From Dehalococcoidia bacterium (GTDB lineage Bacteria; Chloroflexota; Dehalococcoidia; Lucifugimonadales; JAGWBF01): a stretch of DNA of 24,000 bases. A program made the position numbers and the translations under genes. Shown piece after piece: positions 1-8,974 of this stretch (position 1 is the first letter of the stretch; each line of letters begins with the position of its first letter). The DNA is taken from assembly GCA_965226865.1 (NCBI GenBank), contig CBDDEH010000004.1, positions 1,953,432 to 1,977,431 of the forward strand, read 5' to 3'. Under the pieces are notes generated by a model. That model saw only the letters and a list, made by a program, of their open reading frames with translations. It was not told the origin of the DNA and did not search any database.

Positions 1-430
1 ACTTGACCCAGTCTTTCTTGGATTTGAATATATAGCGCTTGTCCAAGCGAGTGATCCCTACGTCAGCGTACCCCAACTCATGGGCTCTGTTCTTGATATC
101 CTGGGCAACGTCTTTGCCTGGCACCGGTTTCGCCGTTGGTTCGACGTCACCAGAAACCCTATGGGCAGCTACGATGGGCCTGTTCAACCGGTCATGGATC
201 TTTCGGTGTTCGAGGTCCTCTTTCGTGTAATGGCTATAGGCCCACTCCCGATCGGCTGTTAACTCGATATTCTGACTTTCCAGCGGATAATCTCGAGCGT
301 AATAGTCCACATCGGTCGGTATCTGCTCGATACCCGGCGTCCTTTCCAATTCCTCGGGGACATCGATCGTCACAGGAGGGTCTCCCGACTTTCTGCCGGG
401 ACGGGTTACTGTGTGTCCTATCTTTAACAT
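1..430 (-). CDS. Reductive-dehalogenase-like Fe-S protein, N-terminal 143 codons only (the gene runs off the left edge)
   Basis: Absent from the ORF track because it is open at the window edge. The reverse strand from ATG 430..428 reads MLKIGHTVTRPGRKSGDPPVTIDVPEELERTPGIEQIPTDVDYYARDYPLES...ITRLDKRYIFKSKKDWVK with no stop down to base 1. By my hand alignment, 97 of 143 positions are identical to the N-terminus of the 445..1719 product. A GAGGAAG Shine-Dalgarno-like string lies in the 14-nt spacer 431..444. Confidence 0.7.
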   Translation of the reverse strand, partial: MLKIGHTVTRPGRKSGDPPVTIDVPEELERTPGIEQIPTDVDYYARDYPLESQNIELTADREWAYSHYTKEDLEHRKIHDRLNRPIVAAHRVSGDVEPTAKPVPGKDVAQDIKNRAHELGYADVGITRLDKRYIFKSKKDWVK

Positions 431-444
431 TCCGAATCTTCCTC

Positions 445-1719
445 CTAGGGCTCGTCGGGTAGTGGTGCGGGCGCTGCTGTGGAAGTTTTGGCCAGGTACC
501 TTTCCACCTGCTGCTTGAACTCCTTCATCGTTTGGTCGCCTGCTTCGCTATCGGGGATTTGCCCGGCTTTGATTTTCTCCTTAAGCTCTTGGAACCCGAC
601 GTCCTCAGACTTACCCTGAGGCATGGTGAACAAATCGGGATCCAGCTTCGGCAATTCGCCGGGTCCGAAATATCCCATGCCCTGGACTGAGTAGCCCTCT
701 AGTAGATTAGTCCCCTTGCCCAGCACCTGCCCGGTTTCGGCATAGTGATCCAATGCGGCCTTCATCCCAAACCGCTGGACTGGACAGGTGCTCATACACA
801 CACCGCATCCGTCGTATTTTGAGACCACCGGCCGGCATCTTTTGTAGCTGATTTTGTGCTTGTTGACACCTCGCCACCACACCTTTTGCCTTGGGATGGC
901 CCGGCCGGGGCAACGATTGACGCACACCTGACAGTAGCTACAGAAGGCAGTCATACCGTAATCAACCGGCTTGTCATATGTCACCTGCGCGTCGGTTGTG
1001 ACTATAAGAAGCCTTGCTCGGGAACCGAAATAGGGCGATAGTAGCTGTCCGTTGGCGCCCAACTGCCCCAGACCGGCCTCTACGAACATCGGCAGGCAGG
1101 CCCCACTGTTGTCGTTGGGATTCTGAATCTGGGCATGGTATCCCAAACTGCGAAGGTAATCCGCCAGTTGAATGGCCAGCACATTGATTACCCGGTATAT
1201 ACCAAAATGCGGCCCCTCGGCTTCCATACTGGGAGCGGTCTGGGTAGGCTCGTAGTCCTGCTCGTAAGCCAGGCAGATCGCATGCGGAAACTTGACCCAG
1301 TCTTTCTTCGACTTGAATATATAGCGTCGGTCCATGCGGGTAATGCCCACTTCATTGAAGCCCAATTCTCGTGCTTTGTTCTTAATGTCCGGCGTGACGT
1401 CCTTGCCGGGAGCTGGTTTTGCCGTCGGCTCAATGTCACCCGACTCCAATGCAGCCTGGACCATAGGTTTATTTAGCTTATCGTGAACTCTTCTGAATTC
1501 GAGATGCTCTTCACTGGCCAGAGCCCATCCCCAAGCTATCGAAGCGCTATGCTCTATGTTGATGCTGTCTAGGGGGAAATCCCTGGCGTAGTAGTCCACA
1601 TCTGTGGGTATCTGCTGTATACCTGGAACTGTTTCGAGCTCTTCGGGAACGTTGATGATGGTGGGAGGGTCACCAAGTTTCTTGCCGGGACGGGTTACTG
1701 TGCGACCGATCTTAAGCAT
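445..1719 (-). CDS. Reductive-dehalogenase-like (RdhA/QueG-superfamily) corrinoid/Fe-S protein, no Tat signal
   Basis: 424-aa ORF. The C-terminal motifs CSYCQVCVNRCP (CxxCxxCxxxCP) and CGVCMSTCP (CxxCxxxCP) are spaced as in RdhA-type enzymes. The N-terminus (MLKIGRTVTRPGKKLGDPP...) has no RRxFLK twin-arginine motif and no hydrophobic leader. The family call comes from motif architecture and memory, not from a search. Confidence 0.7.
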   Translation of the reverse strand: MLKIGRTVTRPGKKLGDPPTIINVPEELETVPGIQQIPTDVDYYARDFPLDSINIEHSASIAWGWALASEEHLEFRRVHDKLNKPMVQAALESGDIEPTAKPAPGKDVTPDIKNKARELGFNEVGITRMDRRYIFKSKKDWVKFPHAICLAYEQDYEPTQTAPSMEAEGPHFGIYRVINVLAIQLADYLRSLGYHAQIQNPNDNSGACLPMFVEAGLGQLGANGQLLSPYFGSRARLLIVTTDAQVTYDKPVDYGMTAFCSYCQVCVNRCPGRAIPRQKVWWRGVNKHKISYKRCRPVVSKYDGCGVCMSTCPVQRFGMKAALDHYAETGQVLGKGTNLLEGYSVQGMGYFGPGELPKLDPDLFTMPQGKSEDVGFQELKEKIKAGQIPDSEAGDQTMKEFKQQVERYLAKTSTAAPAPLPDEP

Positions 1720-1818
1720 GGATTTATGTACTCGTTTCCGTTTCGACTAGCTTTGAACCGCAGCCTCATTCTACCATCGGCCGATTGGGACAGCAACAAA
1801 GGCTCAGGGCGCGTCCGT

Positions 1819-3498
1819 TTATTTCAGCTTGTTGGCGATCATCGCATCGGCAAGGGGGCTACGTACCGACCTGATGACAACATTAACCAGGGACGGTTTC
1901 TCTGATTCCGTGGCCCGTTCGATGGCGGGAACTATGCCTTCTGCTTTTTCGACGTACTCACCGTGGCCTCCAAGGGCCTCCACAACTTTGTCGTACCTGA
2001 CCGACCTGAGGTCGGTGGCAACTGCTCTGCCGTAATAAGCAAGCTGGAAGTTGCGGTCTATTCCCCAGAGACTGTCGTTCCCTAGGATGGCAGTAAAGGG
2101 GATGTTGTGACGTATCGCGGTGTCGTATTCCATGCCATAGAAGCCGAATGAGCCGTCACCGATAAACAGCAGCACTCTGGCATCGGGTCGGGCCAGCTTC
2201 GCCGCCATGGCGTACGGTATCCCACATCCAAGCTGGCTGAGGGGCCCCAGACGCATCCATCGTCCCAGCCCTCTCGCCGGCAGGTAGGACCTACCCCATT
2301 GGACATAGTCACCGCCATCGAATATAAGAATCGTATTGCCATCCGCCAGGCCCTTGAGCTCCTTGAAGACTCGGATGGGGTGTAAGGGGAGGTCGTCGGT
2401 TGCGTTGCTCTCCAGGTCTTCGATCCACTTTCGGCGGTCCTCTCTTAGGGTATCCAGCCACGGAGAAAGGCGTCCCTGGTCCCACTTCCGGACTTTGGCT
2501 GCCACCTCAAGCTGCCGTACCACGGCACCAATGTCGCCCACTACTCCCAAAGAAACGCCCCGGTTTCTTCCGATCTCCGTTGGTTCCGGATCTACCTGAA
2601 TCAAATTGGCGTCCGGATGGAAGAATGGGGAATGTCCGAAGCTATACCGAAAATCCAATCGCTTGCCCAGCAGAAGCACCACATCGGCTTCACTGAAGCG
2701 CCTGGCGGCACCATTGATCGCTCTATCTGCGTAACCGAAGCAAAGAGGATGGTCGTCGGAGATCAGGCCACGAGCCTGCTCTATCGTAAAAACAGGCAAA
2801 CCGGAAACTTCTATGAACTCCTCGAGGACAGCCGGCGGGAGAGAATATCGGGCCGGGTTTGCCACCACGACGACAGGGCGCTCGGCTCCATTCAGCAGAG
2901 CGATCGCTTCCTGGATCAGCTTTGGATCGCCTTCGGACCGGCCACGGGTGCGATATTCGCCTGGGTTGTATCTTGGCAGCTCATCTTCGGATGCGACCTG
3001 CTCTTGAATGTCTAGGGGCACGGTCAAATGGACGGGGCCGGGCCGGCCAGACAGCGCGGTACGAAACGCCCTTGAAACAAAGTCGGGTATTCTTCGGCGG
3101 TCATGGACCAGCCATGAGCCCTTGGTCACTGGAGCTGCCATTTCGACCTGGTCGATCTCCTGGAACGAGTACATGCCCTTCAGTGAAAGGGGGCTCGAGC
3201 CACTGATGAAAATCACGGGGCTCTCCGCAGTATAAACGTTGGGAAGAGCCGATATGGCATTGGAGAAGCCCGGGCCTCCCGTGAAAAGAGCCACGGCAGG
3301 CTCGCCTGTCACCCTCGCCCAAGCATCGGCCATGTGCATAGCCGCAGCCTCGTGGCGCGTGTCTATAAACTCTATACCCTCGTCCTCCGCAGCATCGACC
3401 AGGGGAAGAATGGTATCCCCCACCAGGGTGAAGATCTTCTTTATACCTTCGAGTTTCAAGGCACGCACCATTAGGTGAGCGCCGGTTAGTTTGGCCAT
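1819..3498 (-). CDS. Thiamine-diphosphate-dependent enzyme, acetolactate synthase / oxalyl-CoA decarboxylase / 2-hydroxyacyl-CoA lyase family
   Basis: 559-aa ORF. The N-terminal pyrimidine-binding domain reads HEAAAMHMADAWARVTGEPAVALFTGGPGFSNA. The C-terminal ThDP/Mg motif reads IGDGSFGFYGMEYDTAIRHNIPFTAILGND. The SFQEIDQ segment resembles the Q..DQ of the Oxc/HACL branch, but the substrate is not resolvable by eye. Confidence 0.85.
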   Translation of the reverse strand: MAKLTGAHLMVRALKLEGIKKIFTLVGDTILPLVDAAEDEGIEFIDTRHEAAAMHMADAWARVTGEPAVALFTGGPGFSNAISALPNVYTAESPVIFISGSSPLSLKGMYSFQEIDQVEMAAPVTKGSWLVHDRRRIPDFVSRAFRTALSGRPGPVHLTVPLDIQEQVASEDELPRYNPGEYRTRGRSEGDPKLIQEAIALLNGAERPVVVVANPARYSLPPAVLEEFIEVSGLPVFTIEQARGLISDDHPLCFGYADRAINGAARRFSEADVVLLLGKRLDFRYSFGHSPFFHPDANLIQVDPEPTEIGRNRGVSLGVVGDIGAVVRQLEVAAKVRKWDQGRLSPWLDTLREDRRKWIEDLESNATDDLPLHPIRVFKELKGLADGNTILIFDGGDYVQWGRSYLPARGLGRWMRLGPLSQLGCGIPYAMAAKLARPDARVLLFIGDGSFGFYGMEYDTAIRHNIPFTAILGNDSLWGIDRNFQLAYYGRAVATDLRSVRYDKVVEALGGHGEYVEKAEGIVPAIERATESEKPSLVNVVIRSVRSPLADAMIANKLK

Positions 3499-3531
3499 TT
3501 ATTCTCCTTTTAGCCGATGCTCAAGCGCTTT

Positions 3532-4620
3532 TTAATTAAGGACGATGATAGAGCTCGACTTCATGACCAGGAACACCTCTTGGCCTTCGGACAGTGCCAG
3601 AGAATCCAGTGCTTCAGATGTGATCTCTACCACCAGCAAGACACCAACATCAGCGTAAACAACCACTTTGTTACCGATTCGGTGCAGCCCGTCTATACGA
3701 GCTCTGAGCAGGTTCCGAGCGCTTATACGAGAAGGTTCGTCGACGGCTATTATTATGTCCCCAGCCCTGACGGCAATGGATATTGTATCTCCGATAGCAA
3801 TATCTTGTGGGACAGTGGGCAGCCACAGAAGGCTATCTCCCAATTTGGCGCCGGCGAGGCCTTCTCCCGTTTCATGGACCAGTTCAACATCAAGCAGGTT
3901 CTCGAGGCCTCCTGTGTCGATCACGGAGTGAACGAACGGTTCGAGAATTACTTTCCTGGGCTCGGCGAAGGCTAGCTGTTTCCCACCGGAAATAACAAGG
4001 GCCCGGTCGGCGATGGCCAGAACCTCCGAGATTGAGTGGGAAACATAAACTATCGGGATGCCGAACTCTCGGCGCATGCCTTTGAGATATCTGAGAATCT
4101 TACCACGTAGCCCCATATCCAGCGAACCCAGAGGCTCATCCATCAACAACAATTGGGGTGAAGTGGCCACCGCGCGGGCCAGAGCGACCCTCTGGCGTTC
4201 TCCCGCCGACAAGTTGGCTGGACGGCGGTCTAGGAGAGGTCCCAACTCAAGCAAATCCACCAATTTCTCGGGCTGTACCTTCCTGCGGTCGGTAGGTGTC
4301 ATGTCAAACCCGTACCTGATATTGGCCCCTACGGTCTGGTGTGGGAAGAGCAGGCCATCCTGGAACACATAACCCAGCCTTCGTTTTTCCGGCTTCAGGT
4401 TGAGCTTCCTCGAACTGGAAAACAGTGGCGTACCTTCGAGGATTATCTCTCCCTGGTCAGGGTTGTCGAGTCCGGCAATACAGTTGAGCACAGTGGTCTT
4501 GCCGCTGCCTGAAGGGCCGAAAACGGCAGTGACGCCCGGAGGGAAAGTTGCCTCAACCTTCAGGTTAAAACCCGGATAGCTCTTGGTCAGCCTTAACTCC
4601 AGAACGGCGTTGTGGTTCAT
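3532..4620 (-). CDS. modC: Molybdate ABC transporter ATP-binding protein
   Basis: Walker A GPSGSGKTT, ABC signature LSAGERQRVALARA, Walker B LLLMDEPL, and a C-terminal TOBE/Mop-like domain of about 120 aa. It lies directly downstream of modA and modB on the same strand. Confidence 0.9.
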   Translation of the reverse strand: MNHNAVLELRLTKSYPGFNLKVEATFPPGVTAVFGPSGSGKTTVLNCIAGLDNPDQGEIILEGTPLFSSSRKLNLKPEKRRLGYVFQDGLLFPHQTVGANIRYGFDMTPTDRRKVQPEKLVDLLELGPLLDRRPANLSAGERQRVALARAVATSPQLLLMDEPLGSLDMGLRGKILRYLKGMRREFGIPIVYVSHSISEVLAIADRALVISGGKQLAFAEPRKVILEPFVHSVIDTGGLENLLDVELVHETGEGLAGAKLGDSLLWLPTVPQDIAIGDTISIAVRAGDIIIAVDEPSRISARNLLRARIDGLHRIGNKVVVYADVGVLLVVEITSEALDSLALSEGQEVFLVMKSSSIIVLN

Positions 4621-4638
4621 GCACCTACTGGGCCCGCA

Positions 4639-5310
4639 TCAAATTACCGCTCGCCGAGCGAGATATCTATGCGCGGTCAGAGCAACGAAAGCGAGTATCA
4701 GGGAAGCAACGATAAGCCTTACCGCAGCGGCATCGTCCCCTACTTGAATACGGTTGAAGATGAACAGGGGCATTGTCTGAGTCTTTCCCGGGATATTGCC
4801 CGCGACGACTATGGTGGCACCGAACTCGCCCAGGCCTCGGGCAAAGGCCAGCACGGCCGCTGCCAGAATGCCCCTGTGCGCAAGGGGCACGGTAACGGTA
4901 TAGAAGGTTTTCAGAGGTCCAGCCCCAAGGCTCCGTGCCGCTGATTCTAGCCTGTGGTCCACGCTCGACATCGCAATCTCTATGGTCCTGACCATCAACG
5001 GTAAAGAAACAAGGCCGGCTGCCAAAGCCGCAGTCACCCATGTGAAAACAGCGTCTACACCGAACAAGTCATGAAGCACGCCTCCTATAGGGCCATTTCT
5101 GCCCAAGAGGAGCAAAAGGGCGTATCCCGTTACTACCGGAGGCAGAACCAGCGGGAAGGAGACCAAAGTATCAAGGATCGCCTTTCCGCGCATGGAAGAT
5201 TTGGCCAGCAGCCAGCCAATCAACAAAGCAATAGGCAGTCCTATGACCGTGCCAACGGCGGCCACTTGCAGGGATAGGGCAATCACTTGAAGTTCGTCGG
5301 AAGAGATCAC
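4639..5310 (-). CDS. modB: Molybdate ABC transporter permease
   Basis: 223 aa and polytopic. Contains LVLPPVVTGYALLLLLGRNGPIGG and the EAA-type loop AARSLGAGPLKTFYTVTVPLA...FARGLGEFGATIVVAGNIPGKTQT typical of ModB. GTG start at 5310, with AGGAG about 10 nt upstream. Confidence 0.9.
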   Translation of the reverse strand: MISSDELQVIALSLQVAAVGTVIGLPIALLIGWLLAKSSMRGKAILDTLVSFPLVLPPVVTGYALLLLLGRNGPIGGVLHDLFGVDAVFTWVTAALAAGLVSLPLMVRTIEIAMSSVDHRLESAARSLGAGPLKTFYTVTVPLAHRGILAAAVLAFARGLGEFGATIVVAGNIPGKTQTMPLFIFNRIQVGDDAAAVRLIVASLILAFVALTAHRYLARRAVI

Positions 5311-5410
5311 GTGCTTACTCTCCTGGGTTGTGTTTCCGGGCCATGGACCGAATCCCGATTAGATCAGGACTCATATTATCAGGAGAAGGGCAAGGGGGAA
5401 ACGGATACGA

Positions 5411-6172
5411 TCATTCAGTCGCGGTTACAAAGCCGTGCTCGTGGAATATTTTCCGCGCCGCGACACCCTCGAGAAAATCCAAGAACCTGATCGCCACCTC
5501 CCTGTTCGAGGAGCGCTTCACAAGAGCCGCCGGATATAGTATCGGCGAGTGACTGGTTTCCGGAAAGGAGTCGATAACAGCCATCTCGTCACTCACAACG
5601 GTATCAGTCACGTAGACGATCCCCAGGTCGGCGTTGCCGCTTTCCACGTAACCAAGTGCCACACGAACGTCGAGGCCAAAGACCAGCCGCGATTTGACCT
5701 GCTCCCACAGGCTCAAGTTCTGTAGCGCCTCCCTGGCATACGAGCCAGCCGGGGCCAGATCTGGGTCTGCGATGGCGATGCGAGCGTCGATTCCGGTCAG
5801 GTCTTCTATCGAATTGATCTCGAGATTTTTCCGGTTGTTGAGACCTCCGACCAGCACTAACCGATTGGTCAACAGATCGACTCTTGTATCCGGAACGATC
5901 CGATCGTCATCTTGAAGGATGTCCATAGGCTGAGTGCCAGCCGATAAATAGATATCTGCCGGCGCCCCACGTTTTATTTGCTGTGCCAAGGCTACGGAGC
6001 CTCCAAAGTTGAATACGACGTTGATCTCCTCTTCTTGAGCAAACTGCTCACCCAGACGTTCCATCACATCCGTAAGGCTGGCAGCGGCGAAGACGAGGAT
6101 TTCCTCCTGCTCTCTCTTGCCGCAAGAAACTACTAGCAGCAGGATAACCGGGATAAGAATAAAGATGCGCAT
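5411..6172 (-). CDS. modA: Molybdate-binding periplasmic lipoprotein
   Basis: 253 aa. Lipoprotein signal MRIFILIPVILLLVVSCGK. The VFAAASLTDV...FNFGGSVALAQQIKRGAPADIYLSAG segment matches the ModA consensus as I recall it. Confidence 0.9.
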   Translation of the reverse strand: MRIFILIPVILLLVVSCGKREQEEILVFAAASLTDVMERLGEQFAQEEEINVVFNFGGSVALAQQIKRGAPADIYLSAGTQPMDILQDDDRIVPDTRVDLLTNRLVLVGGLNNRKNLEINSIEDLTGIDARIAIADPDLAPAGSYAREALQNLSLWEQVKSRLVFGLDVRVALGYVESGNADLGIVYVTDTVVSDEMAVIDSFPETSHSPILYPAALVKRSSNREVAIRFLDFLEGVAARKIFHEHGFVTATE

Positions 6173-6197
6173 TTAAGCAGACCAACGAGGTAGTCGG

Positions 6198-7475
6198 TCA
6201 GGGCATTTTGAGAATGGGGGCGAAGGCCTGATCCAACTGTTCCGATGTCATTTTCCCAACCTCCATAAGCCTGGCCCGCATTTCGCTATCCTCCAGGTCC
6301 CGTTTCTCCAGCCGTATCATGTATTTACGGGCCACCTTATAGTGATCAGAGTTAATATCCACTAAGCGGACACGGGTCCGGCCGGTGGCCGGGTCCATCA
6401 GTTCGTCATAGGGAAGGATGCGCAGGTCACCCCCCTCAAGGCAGACGATCCCACCGTCTTTGAGGCGCTCGTCGTTGTTTTCGGCCAGCAGAAATCTGAC
6501 CGCACCGTTGCCCAACGTACGGGTATAGTCGATGTCGAACGGTATAGGTTGAGCGCAGCGCAAAGCATACCCTACGGAGACTTCCACCGTTTTGACCTTG
6601 TCGCCGCGGGCCTCGAACCGGCGCTGGACCTCCCGTCGCAAGATGGAGGGCAGCGGTATCTCTCCCAGACGGATGTGCCCGTAGGGGTCGTACTCCACCT
6701 CCACACCGGGCATCTTGGCAAGCTCATCCGGGTCTAGCCTCTCTCCGATGCCCTCCGCGATGACGACTACGCCGTCCTCTCGTCCCATAGTGCGCCGTTT
6801 TAAGATCGCGCCTTCGAGGACGCTGCAAACGTCGTTTATGCTGACTCGGTCCCCTGGGAACTCCTCCGGGATAAGGGTCATGGTAGCGCGGCGGCTTTGC
6901 ATATCCCAAGAGCTAGATGTCCGGCGCCCCGGCCCATAACGACTACGAAGTACCAACAGTTGGTAGTACGAGAATCCTCCATCACATTCAGAACGAGCTC
7001 CGTGCCCAAGTGCCGGGCAGTCTCGAAACCGAATGTCGGAATGCCCCAGGAAGGGGCAGGTCATTGTCGATTGTTTTGGGTATCTGGGCGAAGCGAACAG
7101 CGCCCTTCGAAGCTCTCACGACTCCGAATCCTCCCTGGCGGTGTCGTCTCCGCCGATAACAACCATGTAGCCTATTCCCAACTCTTTAAGGGATTGGACT
7201 GTTCGCTCAAGGTCTTCCGGCTTCTTTGTCGGGTTGGCTTGCGAGGTACGAAGAATGGAGCCTCCCTGGAAATGGATGCGGGAGACATCCGGTATATCCA
7301 ATGAGCGCACCTGGTCTAATTGGCCCTTCATGAGGTGCTCGAACCCGTCCAATATGCCCACCACTTCCAGGCCTGAGTTGATTGCTTCGATGGTGGCAGC
7401 GCTGATTGCGCTGTTGATTCCTGGTGCAGGGCCGCCGCCCACCAGGATGCCTAACCGCCCTTTACCAGCGCTCAT
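6198..7475 (-). pseudogene. pfk: 6-phosphofructokinase disrupted by three clustered frameshifts
   Basis: The N-terminal ORF 7116..7475 carries GILVGGGPAPGINS and GGDDT (7154..7140), then hits TGA at 7118..7116. PKTIDNDL (7080..7057) is readable only in a second frame. TFGFETAR...VVVMGRGAGHLALG (from 7036 down to about 6880) is readable only in a third frame. The C-terminal part from MTLIPEEF (6881 downward) returns to the first frame and runs to 6198. Confidence 0.75.
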
Positions 7476-7606
7476 TTCCTACATCCTTTGTACTGGGTTA
7501 CGCGGTACGAACCCATTTGTCTGTCTGGACACATTATTCTTGATAACCACCCTCCAACACAAGGAGCAATTCCTGGAAATAGCAGGCAATTGAGAGCGAC
7601 TCGTCT

Positions 7607-8974
7607 ATGGAGTACAATCCAAAGGTCTCAAACCACGGAGAGGACATTACTCTGCCACGACCTCTTGATGGCATACGGATCGTAGACTTCACCTGGATCC
7701 GGGCTGGACCCTGGGCCAACCGCTGGCTGGGTGCTCTGGGCGCAGACATCATCAAGATCGAGTGGCCTGAGCGTCCGGATGTAATCCGTAACTACCCCTT
7801 TACAATGCCTAAGGAGATCGGGCCCGGCCTGAACTCCAGCGGCCAGTTCAACGAGTCCAACGCCAACAAGCGTGGTATCAGCCTCAACGTACGCTCCCCT
7901 AAAGGCTTCGAACTCCTGAAGCGGCTCATCGGTTCCTCAGACGTCGTCGTCGAGAACTTCAGCTCGAGGATAATGCAAAACTGGGGCCTGGGTTACGCCG
8001 ATATGGAAAAAATAAGACCAGGAATCATTTACGTCTCGATGGCCGGGTTCGGTCATACTGGTCCCAGCCACCATTATGTTTCCATGGGTGCTACCGCTCA
8101 GGCCATTTCGGGATTGACCTTCCAGTCAGGGCTACCAGGAGTTCAGCCGGCGGGCTGGGGTTGGTCCTATTTGGACGACATGGGCGGTCTGTACGGCGCG
8201 ATATGTCTGGTCACTGCCCTTCACCACAGGGAGCGGACAGGGAAGGGACAGCACGTGGACCTGTCGCAGGTCGCCAACGGAATTACGCTGCAGGGTGCTG
8301 CCTTCCTGGACAGGACAGTAAACCGACGGCCCTCACACAGGGAAGGATTCCCCCCTGGCAATCGCACGGTGTGGCCCGGTGCACCCAAGCTCAACAACTA
8401 CCGGGGGCCCATCGCGGCACCCCACAACGCATACCGCACCGCGGGCGGCGGCTATAACGACTGGTGCACCATCGTCTGCCTCTCCGACGAGGAGTGGCAA
8501 AAGCTTGTGGGGGTCATGGGCAACCCCAGGTGGGCCGCCGACATCAGGTTCTCCACGGTCGGTGACCGCATCGACAACCAGGAGGAGATGGACAGGGGTA
8601 TAGAGGAATGGACCCTGACCCTGGACAAGTATGAGGTCATGGCCAGGTGCCAGGACGTGGGGGTGAGGGCCATGCCGGTGCAGGATGCCCAGGACATAGT
8701 GGAACACGATGCCCAACTCAAGGCCAGAGACGTGTGTACCGTGTTGGACCATCCCCTGCTGGGCGAGAGGAGGTTCCAGAACGCCCCCTTCAGGATGAGC
8801 AAGACACCTCCCAAGATGCACTCCTCCGCCCCCATGATAGGCCAGCACACCCGGGAGGTGCTGGAGGAGGTGCTGGGACTGGACATAGAGGAGATAAGGG
8901 AGGGGTTTGAGGACGGTACCTTCTGGCCCACCACCATGCCCAAGTACCCCTACCTCGAGGAGTCGTTGAGATGA
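7607..8974 (+). CDS. Class III (CaiB/BaiF/Frc family) CoA-transferase
   Basis: 455 aa. The N-terminal signature is LDGIRIVDFTWIRAGPWANRWLGALGADIIKIEWPERPD. Length and layout are typical of family III CoA-transferases. Confidence 0.85.
   Translation: MEYNPKVSNHGEDITLPRPLDGIRIVDFTWIRAGPWANRWLGALGADIIKIEWPERPDVIRNYPFTMPKEIGPGLNSSGQFNESNANKRGISLNVRSPKGFELLKRLIGSSDVVVENFSSRIMQNWGLGYADMEKIRPGIIYVSMAGFGHTGPSHHYVSMGATAQAISGLTFQSGLPGVQPAGWGWSYLDDMGGLYGAICLVTALHHRERTGKGQHVDLSQVANGITLQGAAFLDRTVNRRPSHREGFPPGNRTVWPGAPKLNNYRGPIAAPHNAYRTAGGGYNDWCTIVCLSDEEWQKLVGVMGNPRWAADIRFSTVGDRIDNQEEMDRGIEEWTLTLDKYEVMARCQDVGVRAMPVQDAQDIVEHDAQLKARDVCTVLDHPLLGERRFQNAPFRMSKTPPKMHSSAPMIGQHTREVLEEVLGLDIEEIREGFEDGTFWPTTMPKYPYLEESLR

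Noticed and set aside
5311-6197. A molybdenum-cofactor riboswitch or other leader upstream of modA or modB.
   Set aside because: Only 25 nt separate modA from the upstream pfk stop. The 100-nt modA-modB spacer shows none of the conserved Moco-riboswitch features I can recall, so there is no room and no evidence.
6885-7064. The first 60 or so residues of the 288-aa ORF (MTCPFLGHSDIRFRDCPALGH...) taken as the genuine N-terminus of an independent protein.
   Set aside because: The same DNA encodes the conserved PFK motifs PKTIDNDL and TFGFETA...MGRGAGHLAL in the other two frames. This stretch is therefore out-of-frame pfk sequence, not a real start.
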